This document shows positions 28,676 through 38,259 of a DNA stretch of 64,000 bases, piece by piece. Where the stretch lies: positions 1 to 64,000 of IMG/VR virus record IMGVR_UViG_3300007512_001412; one strand, 5' to 3'. Both the position numbers and the translations under genes were made by a program. How positions within the stretch are numbered: the stretch's first letter is position 1; each line of letters starts with the position of its first letter. This DNA is from a virus. The notes beneath the pieces are model-generated. The model was not told the origin of the DNA. It saw nothing but the letters and a program-made list of their open reading frames with translations, and made no database searches.

Positions 28676-28841
28676 CCATGCTCTCCCGCCGTGCCTTCCG
28701 CAGAATGGTATCCGCTTCGCGGAGGCCCGCCGACCGGAAGAACACGGTGGCAGGGATTCCTTGTACGCGGGCGGCGTCCGCGATCCGCTCCCACTCGTCT
28801 TCACGCAGCGGGATGCCTCGATTCTTCCTTCGTTCAACCAT
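28608..28841 (-). CDS. Ribbon-helix-helix regulator
   Basis: RGIPLREDEWERIADAARVQGIPATVFFRSAGL. Confidence 0.65.
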   Translation of the reverse strand: MVERRKNRGIPLREDEWERIADAARVQGIPATVFFRSAGLREADTILRKARRESMDGYSVGPDRGVGEPGEGSTEGG

Positions 28842-28851
28842 GCTGATAGTA

Positions 28852-28868
28852 TAGCTACACCGTAGCGA
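28852..28868. promoter_or_regulatory. TAGCTA-N5-TAGCGA operator-like site
   Basis: Between the divergent RHH and serine recombinase genes. Confidence 0.55.
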
Positions 28869-28886
28869 TACTACAACGAGGTTTGC

Positions 28887-29507
28887 ATGAGCGAGGACGG
28901 ATCGGAGCGCGTGTCCACCGCGATCTACACGCGCGTGTCCACGCGGGCGCAGGCGCGTGAGTGCGGCACGGAGTACCAGCGGGAGCCGCTACTCGCCCTG
29001 GCGGCGACTTGGGGCCTGGACCTGACGGGAGTCTTCGCGGACGGCCCTCCGGGGGACAACGAGGACGCCTTCCGGGGCGACCTGGGGATGCCGGGGCGGG
29101 ATCGGCTCCTCGACGCGGTGCGGAGCGGGCGGTTCAACTGCGTCCTGATCTGGCGACTCGACCGCATCGCGCAGACCCCCGATGACCTGATCGACGTCCT
29201 GCGGGAGCTTGACCAGTGGGGCGTGCGCCTCGTCAGCTACAGCGAGTCGTTCGATTCCACAACGCCACGCGGTCGCGCTATGGTAGCCATCGTTGACGCG
29301 ATGGCGGATCTTCGATACCAGACCTTGCGCGAGCGGACCCAGGCGGGCTTGGATCGCAAGCGCGCGAAGGAAGTCGGCGCGGCCCCTCTCCCCACGGGCG
29401 GGGAAGCCCGGGAAGCCCTCGCGGAGCACGGCTCCGTACGCCGCGCCTCCCGTGCCCTGGGCGTGTCGATCCATGATTTCCGGGGCATCGTGTTACAACC
29501 GGACTGA
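28887..29507 (+). CDS. Small serine recombinase (resolvase/invertase)
   Basis: IYTRVST, LIWRLDRI, RERTQAGL, C-terminal HTH (SVRRASRALGVS). Confidence 0.9.
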   Translation: MSEDGSERVSTAIYTRVSTRAQARECGTEYQREPLLALAATWGLDLTGVFADGPPGDNEDAFRGDLGMPGRDRLLDAVRSGRFNCVLIWRLDRIAQTPDDLIDVLRELDQWGVRLVSYSESFDSTTPRGRAMVAIVDAMADLRYQTLRERTQAGLDRKRAKEVGAAPLPTGGEAREALAEHGSVRRASRALGVSIHDFRGIVLQPD

Positions 29508-30466
29508 TGCCCCACCCCACCTACGCTCTCCTGGGCGCAGCGGGCTACATCGCCCCTCGCCACCTCGACGCCATTGCCGCGACCGGAGGCACCCTCGTCG
29601 CAGCGGCAGACCCCCACGATTCGGTCGGCATCCTCGACAAGCACTTCCCCGACGCGGCGTTCTTCGCCGGCCCCGACTGCGACGAGCGGTTGTTCGGAGC
29701 CATCGCGCGGCGCGACCTGGGGCACGTGGATCGGGTGGTGGTCTGCTCCCCCAACGACCTGCACGTCGTCCACACGGTCAGCGCCCTCAAGGTGGGCTGC
29801 GACGTCATCTGCGAGAAGCCCCTGGCCCTGACGACCACCGGGATCGCGGCGATCCAGCGGGCGGAGCAGGAGAGCGGTCGGCAGGCGTGGACCGTGGTGC
29901 AGCTTCGACACCTCCCCCGCATCCTCGATCTTCGGCCCCGGTGGCGCTCCACGGGCACGCAGTCCCGTGCCCGGGTGACGCTGTCCTACGTGACCCGGCG
30001 TGGTCCCTGGTACGCCGAATCGTGGAAGGGGGACCCCTCCCGATCCGGGGGCCTCCTGTTCAACCTGGGGATCCATTTCCTCGACCTGTTGACGTGGTGC
30101 TTCGGCCCCCTGGAGTCGTGGGACACGCTCCTCGCGGAGCCCCACCGGAAGCGCGGCACGTTCCGCTTGGCAAGCGCGGACGTCGAGTGGTTCCTGTCGT
30201 CGGACGCGCGGGATCTGGACAACGGCGACGTCGCGCAGCGGCGCATGACGGTCAACGGGGCGGAGGTCAACCTCGACCCCAACTTCGTCGCCGGCACGCA
30301 CACCGTCGTCTACCAGTGGATCAACTCCGGTAACGGCTTCGGCCCCGCCGACGTGCTGCCGGGGATCGAAGCCGCGTACCAGATCGGGTCACAGGTATCC
30401 GGCGCACCGCAGCGCGTACCGGAACGCGACGTCCCCGCCGCCACGGCGCGGGCGAGTGCCGATTGA
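29507..30466 (+). CDS. Gfo/Idh/MocA oxidoreductase, WbpB/WlbA-like UDP-GlcNAcA 3-dehydrogenase
   Basis: GAAGYIAPRH, SPNDLH, ICEKPL, RGPWY..SWKGD..RSGG..NLGIHFLD. Confidence 0.85.
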   Translation: MPHPTYALLGAAGYIAPRHLDAIAATGGTLVAAADPHDSVGILDKHFPDAAFFAGPDCDERLFGAIARRDLGHVDRVVVCSPNDLHVVHTVSALKVGCDVICEKPLALTTTGIAAIQRAEQESGRQAWTVVQLRHLPRILDLRPRWRSTGTQSRARVTLSYVTRRGPWYAESWKGDPSRSGGLLFNLGIHFLDLLTWCFGPLESWDTLLAEPHRKRGTFRLASADVEWFLSSDARDLDNGDVAQRRMTVNGAEVNLDPNFVAGTHTVVYQWINSGNGFGPADVLPGIEAAYQIGSQVSGAPQRVPERDVPAATARASAD

Positions 30467-31036
30467 CGCTGTGTCGAGCGGGCGGAGCCGGTAGAGCTTG
30501 GGCGAGCCTCCCCGGGGGGTTCGCCGCGCAGCGGGGGGGAGAAACTCCGGGTAGGTGGAAAACTCCACACGGGACGTCAGGTCAAGGGCAGCGGCCAACT
30601 CCTCTTGGACGGCGTCCGGTTCGGTAACGAGGCGTTCGTAGCGGACCTCCGCCGTGATCAGGTCGGGGTAGGCGTCCCGCTGCTTCATGGTTGCGGTCCA
30701 CCGCGCAGGCGGCACGTAGTTGCGGTCCGACGTGATGACGTCCCGCCCGTCCCTGACGATGTTCACGATCCGCAGCCCCGACGCCCGCATGGTCGCGGCC
30801 TGCTCGTCCAGGGACTCCTGCTGGAGTGCTTCGGAAAAGATCGTCCAGCCCTTGCGCTTCGCTACCCACACGGGGCCGGGGTTGCGGTCGGCAACGGCGG
30901 TCAGCCGTCCGAAGGGGACTTCGTACTCCCCCTTGGGTCCGTAGAGCAGCCGCACGCCCGCGAAGGCGTTGAACATGCGGAACAGGAGCGTGGTGCCCGA
31001 CTTCGCGCAACCCGTGATCAGGATCGGAGCAGCCAT
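30389..31036 (-). CDS. PAPS-dependent sulfotransferase
   Basis: ILITGCAKSGTTLL, IVRDGRDV..S, VRYERLV..P. Confidence 0.85.
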   Translation of the reverse strand: MAAPILITGCAKSGTTLLFRMFNAFAGVRLLYGPKGEYEVPFGRLTAVADRNPGPVWVAKRKGWTIFSEALQQESLDEQAATMRASGLRIVNIVRDGRDVITSDRNYVPPARWTATMKQRDAYPDLITAEVRYERLVTEPDAVQEELAAALDLTSRVEFSTYPEFLPPAARRTPRGGSPKLYRLRPLDTASIGTRPRRGGGDVAFRYALRCAGYL

Positions 31037-31044
31037 GCCGTATC

Positions 31045-31107
31045 CTACTCCGACCCCCGCGTGTACACGCAGGGATTCAAGCCGATCAACGCGGTCGGGT
31101 GGATCAC
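31045..31107 (-). pseudogene. Possible remnant of a hexapeptide-repeat acetyltransferase
   Basis: GTGA-coupled 20-aa ORF beginning MIHPTALIG. Confidence 0.35.
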
Positions 31108-31622
31108 GGCTTCGTCCACACGTGCCAGCGCAGCGTGGGAGCCCACTTCGTTCCGGTGAACGCCGGGGCTTTCTGCACGTGGGTCACGGGCTCGATCCCC
31201 AAGCGGAACAGACGCCCGCCCGAACGGAGCGCATCCTTGACTCGCTTCTCCGCCCCCGCCCTCACAGAGTCCCGTAGGTGCCGGATCACGAACAGGTCGA
31301 GGACGACGTCGTACTCCCGATTGGGGATCGTGCCCGTGGCGAGGATGGTCGGGTTCCGGGGGGCGAGCCCGTGCAGCAGCACCTCGTACTGCTTGAACGC
31401 CCGAATGCGGGAGGCGTCCGGGTCCACGCCCACGTAGTTGCCCGGGTCGAGGTACGGGATCAAGTGGATCCCCGTGCGACCGGAGCCGCAGCCGAAGTCG
31501 AGCACGTGGTCCTCTGCGCGGAGCCCTCCGTGTCCGACCAAGAAGTCGAAGTGGTAGCGCCCCAAGACCCACGGGCGTCCGTAGAGGTGATGGTGGTCCT
31601 CACGGAGAAGCTGGGGGTCCAC
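31104..31622 (-). CDS. Class I SAM-dependent methyltransferase
   Basis: VLDFGCGSGR, YVGVD, YDVV, LRSGG; start uncertain. Confidence 0.85.
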   Translation of the reverse strand: MDPQLLREDHHHLYGRPWVLGRYHFDFLVGHGGLRAEDHVLDFGCGSGRTGIHLIPYLDPGNYVGVDPDASRIRAFKQYEVLLHGLAPRNPTILATGTIPNREYDVVLDLFVIRHLRDSVRAGAEKRVKDALRSGGRLFRLGIEPVTHVQKAPAFTGTKWAPTLRWHVWTKP

Positions 31623-31674
31623 TACCTGTACTTCCTCGCCGGACGGGAATCGGCGCGGACGAGTTGTTGGGGGG

Positions 31675-31986
31675 CTACTCCCACCATCGCAGCGCCTTCC
31701 ACGCCGCCCCGTCCAACCACTCGATGTGGTCCGGGCCAACCCCGTGCGAGGTGTAGCAGTCGCGGAGGCGTTCCTCGTACACGCCCTCCGCAAAGCGGGG
31801 CCAGAAACCGAAGTCCGCGAAGTGCGCGCGCTCGGACTGGCTGTCGTAGTAGGAGCCGTCGTACACGCACGTGACTTGCAGCGTCGGCACTCGGAGGATC
31901 ACACGGTCACGGCGGTGCTGGTGCCACGATTCGGGTGCCACCTCCCGCCAACGCGGTCCCGTGGTGAAGGGTGATGCTCTTGCCAT
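31675..31986 (-). CDS. Hypothetical protein
   Basis: Coding-like, aromatic-rich. Confidence 0.45.
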   Translation of the reverse strand: MARASPFTTGPRWREVAPESWHQHRRDRVILRVPTLQVTCVYDGSYYDSQSERAHFADFGFWPRFAEGVYEERLRDCYTSHGVGPDHIEWLDGAAWKALRWWE

Positions 31987-32139
31987 CTTCGGGCTTGGTG
32001 TCCTCCCAGCACGTGCGGTCGATGCACAGGGAGTACTCGCCGTTCGTGCACGCCGTCGTGGGTGATAAGGGAACGCATGAAAGTAGTCTCCTTTAGACTG
32101 GGGGTTAGTAAGTCCCTTATCCCAGAAACTATCCAATAG

Positions 32140-33138
32140 TTACTGTTCAGCGTCGTACATCTTGGCGCTTTCCTCATCGTTAACTCTAATGATGAGGATG
32201 TCCCTCCAGCCCATCCAATCCCCCAGTTCGCTGTCCAAGACGAACTGGGCGACGTCCGGAAGCCGCTCTTGCGGGATGCCGTGCTCCTCTATCAGCTTCT
32301 CTGTGAGGGTAGCGCCTGTGTAGCTCAGCCCATAGCTGAGCCCTTTGTGGGTGTTGAATACCAGCATGAAGCTATCGGGCTGCATCAGTCCACCTTCCAT
32401 CCCTGCTCCTCGCCTGCGACCGTCGTCGTAGCCGTCGCAGTCGCAGTCGCAGTCCTCGTGGCAGGGGCAGAGGCACGCGCCCGGGTCGGGGTTCCAGCGC
32501 CGCTGCGGGGCAGCGCGGCGCTTCGCCGCGCGCATCCTCTCCAGCTTCTCCATGTCGAACAGCACGTCCACGAGCACGAGGTTGCCGTCCTCGTCGGACC
32601 CGACGTTCCGGGGGCTGATCTCAAACGTGTAGGACGCCCCGTAGTTGCTAGCACCGTCCCGCAGCGCCTCCATCGCCTCCAGCAGGGGCCCGGACATGCC
32701 GGCCTGCTCCGCGCACTCGACCGTCTCGGCCAGGACGTTGTGGCCCATGTGGATCGTGTTCCAACCCTTCGCCCGCGCCCGGTTGTACACGGCGGTCTGC
32801 GCCTCCTGCCAGCAGCGCCGGAGGATCTGGTACGCCTGCCAGTCGTGCGTGTCGGCCTTGCGGAGCGGCATCCTGTACAGGGGCATGGCGAAGACCTTGC
32901 CCGTGCGCGTGTAGCCCAGGTGCTCGACGGCGGGGAGGTGGGGGTTCTCCGGGTCGTCCCGGTGGATATCCGCCAGGATCTCCTTGTCGTAGATATCCTC
33001 GGGCACCGTCACGTAGACGTTGTCGTCGTCGTCTGCGTAGGCGGTCGCGAACGCGCCCTTGCCGATGCGGCGCACCGCGATCGGGCCCGACTCCGGGCTG
33101 GAGAGGATGCCGCGCGAGATCGTGTAGTCGTCCTGCAT
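32140..33138 (-). CDS. Protein-kinase-like fold protein with an unrelated lower-GC C-terminal domain
   Basis: IGKGAFATAY Gly-loop, KE, HLP, EISPRNV, LVLVD. Confidence 0.65.
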   Translation of the reverse strand: MQDDYTISRGILSSPESGPIAVRRIGKGAFATAYADDDDNVYVTVPEDIYDKEILADIHRDDPENPHLPAVEHLGYTRTGKVFAMPLYRMPLRKADTHDWQAYQILRRCWQEAQTAVYNRARAKGWNTIHMGHNVLAETVECAEQAGMSGPLLEAMEALRDGASNYGASYTFEISPRNVGSDEDGNLVLVDVLFDMEKLERMRAAKRRAAPQRRWNPDPGACLCPCHEDCDCDCDGYDDGRRRGAGMEGGLMQPDSFMLVFNTHKGLSYGLSYTGATLTEKLIEEHGIPQERLPDVAQFVLDSELGDWMGWRDILIIRVNDEESAKMYDAEQ

Positions 33139-33205
33139 GGGAGGCAGCCTACCAGGGCTTCTTCTCCAGGGACGGGTGGACCTACCCCATCGCGCACCAC
33201 TACGG

Positions 33206-34000
33206 CTACCGCACCGACCAAGCGTGGCGTCCTTCCAGGGCGCGAAGCGCCTGCCCCGTCTGCGACCCCAGGCGGTCCACCAGGGGACTGAAGGGCGCGG
33301 CTTCGATCCGGTCCGCGACCTTCATCAGCGCGTCCCACTTCGTCATGTTCACGGCGCTCTTGACGTCCACCATGATCCCGTGGTCCCGGGCTTGGAGCCG
33401 GGTCCACTTCAACGGGGACCACCGATCCACCACCGCGAGGCGCGGGCACAACGACGCGATGCGATACTCCGCCATCGTGTCCAAACCGGAAGGAAGCGCG
33501 GGCCAGAGCCGCCACTTGCACGCCTCCAACACCTCGCGCCCGTACCACCGACCCGCCCCGATCAGCCGTGTCGTCGCCTTGCCGTACCCGGACCACCAGA
33601 CGCACTTGCCCGTCTTGAGGTCCGCGAACCAAATGTCGCGGAACCCGACCAGCGGGGACGACGCCCGGGCGGCGTAGACCCGGAACAGGTCGGGGCTCAA
33701 GAAGTCGTCCGACCCGATGACGATGACGCCCGCAGGGTCCAGCGTGCGCGCTACGTCCAGGGTCGCGTTGTACTTCGTCCCCAGGGGTTGGTTCGCGTGT
33801 TCGACGTAGTGCCAGCCCGCTGCTTCGACGTCGGCCCGGGGGTCGCCGTTCGGGTCGTCCTCCGATCCCGCCGCGACGAGACTGAGGTCGAGGGGGCACT
33901 CAGGATCAGCGGCGATGCGCGCGTGGTGCTCCAGGCACGCACGGGACAGCCCGCGCCGGCCCCACAGGGTGGTGACCAGGGTCGCCTTCGGGCGGGTCAT
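33206..34000 (-). CDS. Glycosyltransferase (GT-A/GT2-like)
   Basis: LVTTLWGR, NQPLGTKYN, IGSDDF, IGAGR. Confidence 0.75.
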   Translation of the reverse strand: MTRPKATLVTTLWGRRGLSRACLEHHARIAADPECPLDLSLVAAGSEDDPNGDPRADVEAAGWHYVEHANQPLGTKYNATLDVARTLDPAGVIVIGSDDFLSPDLFRVYAARASSPLVGFRDIWFADLKTGKCVWWSGYGKATTRLIGAGRWYGREVLEACKWRLWPALPSGLDTMAEYRIASLCPRLAVVDRWSPLKWTRLQARDHGIMVDVKSAVNMTKWDALMKVADRIEAAPFSPLVDRLGSQTGQALRALEGRHAWSVR

Positions 34001-36126
34001 CGTCGCTCCGTCTTCACGTAGTGGTACAGCGCCTCCAGGCGACGGGCGACGACGTCGGGGTGGTGGGTTGCGTAGGCCCACCGACGACTTCGGAGCGAGG
34101 CGTTCCCCCACACCCGATCCCCGTTGCGTAGGCGGCGGAGAGCGTCCACCAGGGTGTCCGGGGTCACGTCGATCACCGGCATGTCCGGGTAGACCGACCG
34201 CGCCCACGCCGACGTCCCGGTCAGGACCGGCTGGCCCATCGCCATCGACTCCACCGCGCTCATGCCGTAGATCCCGACGCTGAATTGGTCGAAGTAGGCG
34301 TGGCACGTCGCCTTCTGCGCGAGGCATTCGGCGTTGTCCACACCCTCGATGACGACGCCTTCGATATCCATCCCCTCGCCCCGGAGGGCGTCCACGGCGT
34401 CGAGGAAGGTCTGCGTGCCCTTGAACGCCCGGTTGGTCGTCGCGTGGGCGACCCGGAAGGGCGCGGAGCCCCGATCCACGCCCCCCCAGGACGCGCACCG
34501 CTCTCCACCTTGGGAGGTGGCGTCGTTCCCCAAGGACGCCAGGACCAGGGGGACGTGGTACGGCATGTCGCTGCACAGCATGGTCGGGTCCCACGCCGAC
34601 AGGCCCAAGATCCCGGTGTGCTCATGCCACCGGATCAAGGAGGTGCGCCGCTCCCGCAAGACCGACCCCATGTACTGCACCAGGGAGTTGCCGGCGTGCG
34701 CGTAGTCGGGCCACTGGACCCCCGGGAGGTCTTCGGGGGGCAGCAGGAAGTGAATGACGTCGGCCTGCTCTGCGAGCCGTTGGACCGCCAGGATCGTGTT
34801 CCCCACGTTGTCCTCGACCACCACCGTCCCGTTCGGGACCGGGTAGCCGTGGGGGTGGCGACGGTAGAGCACGAACGAGACTTCCAGCCCGGTGTGCTCC
34901 CGAAGGGCGGCGACGAGGCCGCTGGCCTGCCCCGCGACGTCCCGCGAGGCGACGACGAGCACGGTCTTGGGCGGTGCCGTGTGGCGGGGAGCGCCCCGGG
35001 ACGGCCAACCCCCCTCCCAGGCGCGTGACCCCATGCCCCGGATGCGCGCGGCCTGCACGCGCAGCGCCGTCAGATCCAGCCCGGAGTCGAGGACGCCGCT
35101 GTCCGTCAGCGCCGTCAGGATCCCGGGCACCCGATCGAGCACAGCCGACACCCCGGGCGAGCCCAAGGCCAACGCCGATGCCCGCCCGTACAGCCCCAGG
35201 GCCGCGATCTGGAGGGCGACCACCCAGGCGTCCGGGCTCAGTGCGTAGCTCTCGCCCTGGGAGAGCCCTTGCGCGAGGACGCGCAGGGCCGCGACGTCTT
35301 CTCCCTGGAGGAGCAACGCGCGCGCGAGGATGATCCAGGGGTTGACGTTGGTCAGCACCCCTTCGGGGTCGCCCGCCTTGCGCGCTTCGCGGTGAGCATG
35401 GATCCCCGCGTGCGCGACGGCCAGGGCCTCGTCCCATCGGCCCAACGTCGCCAGGGCGCGGGCCTCGACGTACGTCCGGTGAGGGTGCCCTTCGGGGAGC
35501 TTGGCGCGGGCGAGGCGGATCGTGCGCTCCGCGTTGCGCGTGTGCCCGTCTTCGGCGTAGCCCGTGTGCCGGATGGAGGTGTCCGTGAAGGAGCCGACCC
35601 GGTGCTCCGGGGTGAAGTCGGGGGTCAGGTGGACCGGGTACTTGTACCGGATGCCCGCAGATCGCCGGAACACCCGGGGCTGCACGGTGCTCTCCCTCCC
35701 CTCGCTCGACGTGGACACCACCGGCAGCATGATGGCGTCCACCGGGGGCCTGTCCTCCGACAGCAACCCGTAGAGGGCTTCGCCGTCTACGACGCGGTCG
35801 TCGCCGTCGAGGATCACGATCCAGGGGTCCAGGGGGACGTCGGTGGGGTTGAACACGCCAGCGGGCGCGCACAGATGGTCGATCAAGTCGAGGCCGACGT
35901 TCCGACTGCGGGCGAAGTCGTCGTCCCACGGGTCCACGGTCATGTGGATCGGGACGCGGTGCTCGCCGCCCAGGTTGTGCGCGACCTCGACCGTGTCGTC
36001 CGTCGATCCGGTGTCCACGATCACCCAGGCGTCCACAAGGCCGGCGCAGGAAGCGAACAGGTCGGGGAGGTTCTTCGCCTCGTCCTTGACGATCATGGAG
36101 GCGACGACGAGCGGCAGCTTCGGCAT
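33997..36126 (-). CDS. GT2 - TPR - GT4-like glycosyltransferase fusion
   Basis: MIVKDE, VDTGSTD, DFARSRN, LDGDD, HTGY; TPR-like helices; HATTNRAFKGT, DQF..G.YG...ESMAMGQPV. Confidence 0.88.
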   Translation of the reverse strand: MPKLPLVVASMIVKDEAKNLPDLFASCAGLVDAWVIVDTGSTDDTVEVAHNLGGEHRVPIHMTVDPWDDDFARSRNVGLDLIDHLCAPAGVFNPTDVPLDPWIVILDGDDRVVDGEALYGLLSEDRPPVDAIMLPVVSTSSEGRESTVQPRVFRRSAGIRYKYPVHLTPDFTPEHRVGSFTDTSIRHTGYAEDGHTRNAERTIRLARAKLPEGHPHRTYVEARALATLGRWDEALAVAHAGIHAHREARKAGDPEGVLTNVNPWIILARALLLQGEDVAALRVLAQGLSQGESYALSPDAWVVALQIAALGLYGRASALALGSPGVSAVLDRVPGILTALTDSGVLDSGLDLTALRVQAARIRGMGSRAWEGGWPSRGAPRHTAPPKTVLVVASRDVAGQASGLVAALREHTGLEVSFVLYRRHPHGYPVPNGTVVVEDNVGNTILAVQRLAEQADVIHFLLPPEDLPGVQWPDYAHAGNSLVQYMGSVLRERRTSLIRWHEHTGILGLSAWDPTMLCSDMPYHVPLVLASLGNDATSQGGERCASWGGVDRGSAPFRVAHATTNRAFKGTQTFLDAVDALRGEGMDIEGVVIEGVDNAECLAQKATCHAYFDQFSVGIYGMSAVESMAMGQPVLTGTSAWARSVYPDMPVIDVTPDTLVDALRRLRNGDRVWGNASLRSRRWAYATHHPDVVARRLEALYHYVKTERR

Positions 36127-36216
36127 GGGCGCAGCCTGCCGTAGCTACTTGCGTCCTGTCAACCGACAAGGGGATCGGCGTGGACCGCTCTCGCGCGTGC
36201 GCGTAGGATCCTGACC

Positions 36217-37239
36217 ATGACGGTCACACAGATCCAGCCCACGCCCCCCAACGGCACGCCGTTCGTACCTGGGGACGTGTGGCCCCGCCCGTCCAACGTC
36301 ATCATCGTGGACAGCGTCAACGGGGACGACGCGGATCCCGATCCCGCTGGCTACAAGACCATCGCGGCGGGACTCGCCGTCGCCGCCGCAGGGGACGCGG
36401 TGTTCTGCTACGGCACCTTCACCGAAGGGTCACTCACGATCCCGGCCCAGGTGTACGTCAACATGACAGCGGCGGTGTTCACCACCAGCGCCTCCCCCGG
36501 GATGACGTTGAACAACGGCGCGTGGCTCGACTTCAACAGCTTCAACGTCGCCGCCAACCACGTCGGCATCCAATCGGGAGCCCTGGCCCGCGTACAGGTC
36601 CGGGGCAACGCGCTGGTCGCCACGGGCGCGGACGCCATCGGCCTCGACGTCCCCTCGGGGACGACCATGCAGGCGCAGATCACACAGGTCAACGACGGGG
36701 CCGGCAACATCGAAGCCGCTCAGGTCGCGGGCAGTCTGTTCCTGACCACGCAGGATCTTCGGGCGACGATCGGCTTCGATATCAACGGGGGCACGGCGTA
36801 CGTCAACGCCAACGTGATCGCCTGCACCACGGCGGTCGAGATCGACGCCACGGGGCAAATCTACTGCACCGCGTCCGACATTTCGGGGGTCCAGACCATC
36901 GCGGCGGGCGGCGGGGGAGTCTTCCAGATCGCGGGCCGGCGCGTCAGCCGCACGGTCAGCATCACGGACGCGGACAGCCCGTTCAGCGCGAACGACGACG
37001 ACGGGATCGATCAGGTCTACTGCGACACCAGCGGCGGTCCCATCACGGTGAACCTCCCCGCAGCGGGTGGCGACAACGTCAACCGCGAGATCAACGTCAA
37101 GAACACCGACACCGGGGTCAACGACGTCACCGTACAGGTCACGGGCGGCGGCAACATCGACAGCGCCGCGACGTTCACCCTGTCAGCAGAGGACGCGATC
37201 TCCTGCCGCAGCAGCGGTGGTCAGTGGTGGATCGTCTAG
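36217..37239 (+). CDS. Spike/fibre-like protein (beta-helix plus C-terminal beta domain)
   Basis: VDSVNGDD..YKTIAAGL..GDAV beta-helix cap; DTSGGPITVNLP...GGQWWIV tail typical of phage fibres. Confidence 0.7.
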   Translation: MTVTQIQPTPPNGTPFVPGDVWPRPSNVIIVDSVNGDDADPDPAGYKTIAAGLAVAAAGDAVFCYGTFTEGSLTIPAQVYVNMTAAVFTTSASPGMTLNNGAWLDFNSFNVAANHVGIQSGALARVQVRGNALVATGADAIGLDVPSGTTMQAQITQVNDGAGNIEAAQVAGSLFLTTQDLRATIGFDINGGTAYVNANVIACTTAVEIDATGQIYCTASDISGVQTIAAGGGGVFQIAGRRVSRTVSITDADSPFSANDDDGIDQVYCDTSGGPITVNLPAAGGDNVNREINVKNTDTGVNDVTVQVTGGGNIDSAATFTLSAEDAISCRSSGGQWWIV

Positions 37240-37362
37240 GTGACGTACCTCCCCTCGCAATCCTTCAACATGGCCCCGTTCCACATCGGGACGTTCAACG
37301 CGGGCAAGTGCAAGGTCACCTGGGAGGGCTACCGTATCTACCGCGCGAAGGCTCCAGCATGA
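37240..37362 (+). pseudogene. 40-aa internally deleted paralogue of the downstream lectin-like gene
   Basis: Starts MTYLPS exactly like 37359..38141; abuts the upstream stop and overlaps the downstream start. Confidence 0.45.
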
Positions 37363-38141
37363 CCTACCTCCCTTCGGCAAGCGGCAACTCCCCCATCGGC
37401 CCGCGCTGGACCGTGGACGGCGCGACGGTGTGGCAGAACCACGCGCTCGCGGACGTGGCGGATCTGATTGCTTCCCCAGGCGTCGGCGTGTGGGGCTCGT
37501 CGGCCCAGGTGAACGGCGCGGTCATCAGCGGCTCCGCGCTGTCGATCACCAACAACGGCGGGGTCGCGCTCAACTACAAGAGCACCGACGTCAACACCGC
37601 TTACTGGTACTACTGGACGGCCCCGCGACCCCAACTCGGCTCCCTGGTCGTGCCGACCGGGCGCGTGCTCGCCGCAGGCCACATCCAGACCGACACCGCG
37701 CTCGGCGCGACGGACCCCGCCAACTTCCAGACGGGCAGCATCATCGTCCAACGGGACGCTGCTGCCGCCGCAGGGAATTGGGTCCGACTCAACATCGGCA
37801 ACTACGGAGCCCCGGACAGCGCCCTGGTCGCGCGCGTGGACTACGAAAGCGCGGCCCCCGCCGCGTGGTCATCCGGGCTCACCTCGTCGTCGCAGGGCGC
37901 ATGGTGGCGCGTCGTCGCCTACCAGGGGAACACCGGGATCGACTTTGAGTTTGCGGACGCGGCGCACACCGCCGACCCCTCGACGCTGGCGTGGGCGGCA
38001 GTCAACACCACGCCGTACAACATCGGGTTGAGCACCGACACCGACGTGCGGATCATGGTCAGCACGCTGAACATCGGGGTGACGACCGCGATCCAGTGGA
38101 ACCACCGGCACCTCCAGATGGGCTACCCCGAAGCGGCCTAG
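37359..38141 (+). CDS. ConA/lectin-like beta-sandwich protein (putative receptor binding)
   Basis: Trp/Tyr-rich beta strands; follows the spike gene. Confidence 0.6.
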   Translation: MTYLPSASGNSPIGPRWTVDGATVWQNHALADVADLIASPGVGVWGSSAQVNGAVISGSALSITNNGGVALNYKSTDVNTAYWYYWTAPRPQLGSLVVPTGRVLAAGHIQTDTALGATDPANFQTGSIIVQRDAAAAAGNWVRLNIGNYGAPDSALVARVDYESAAPAAWSSGLTSSSQGAWWRVVAYQGNTGIDFEFADAAHTADPSTLAWAAVNTTPYNIGLSTDTDVRIMVSTLNIGVTTAIQWNHRHLQMGYPEAA

Positions 38142-38259
38142 CGGTCTGCGCCTCCTACCCGAACGACACGGCGGCTTCACCCCGCGAGCGCAGGATCGCG
38201 GCCCGTTGGACAGGATCACAGGTGGATCCGGCTGTCGATCCCTACTCTTGATCGGCTCT

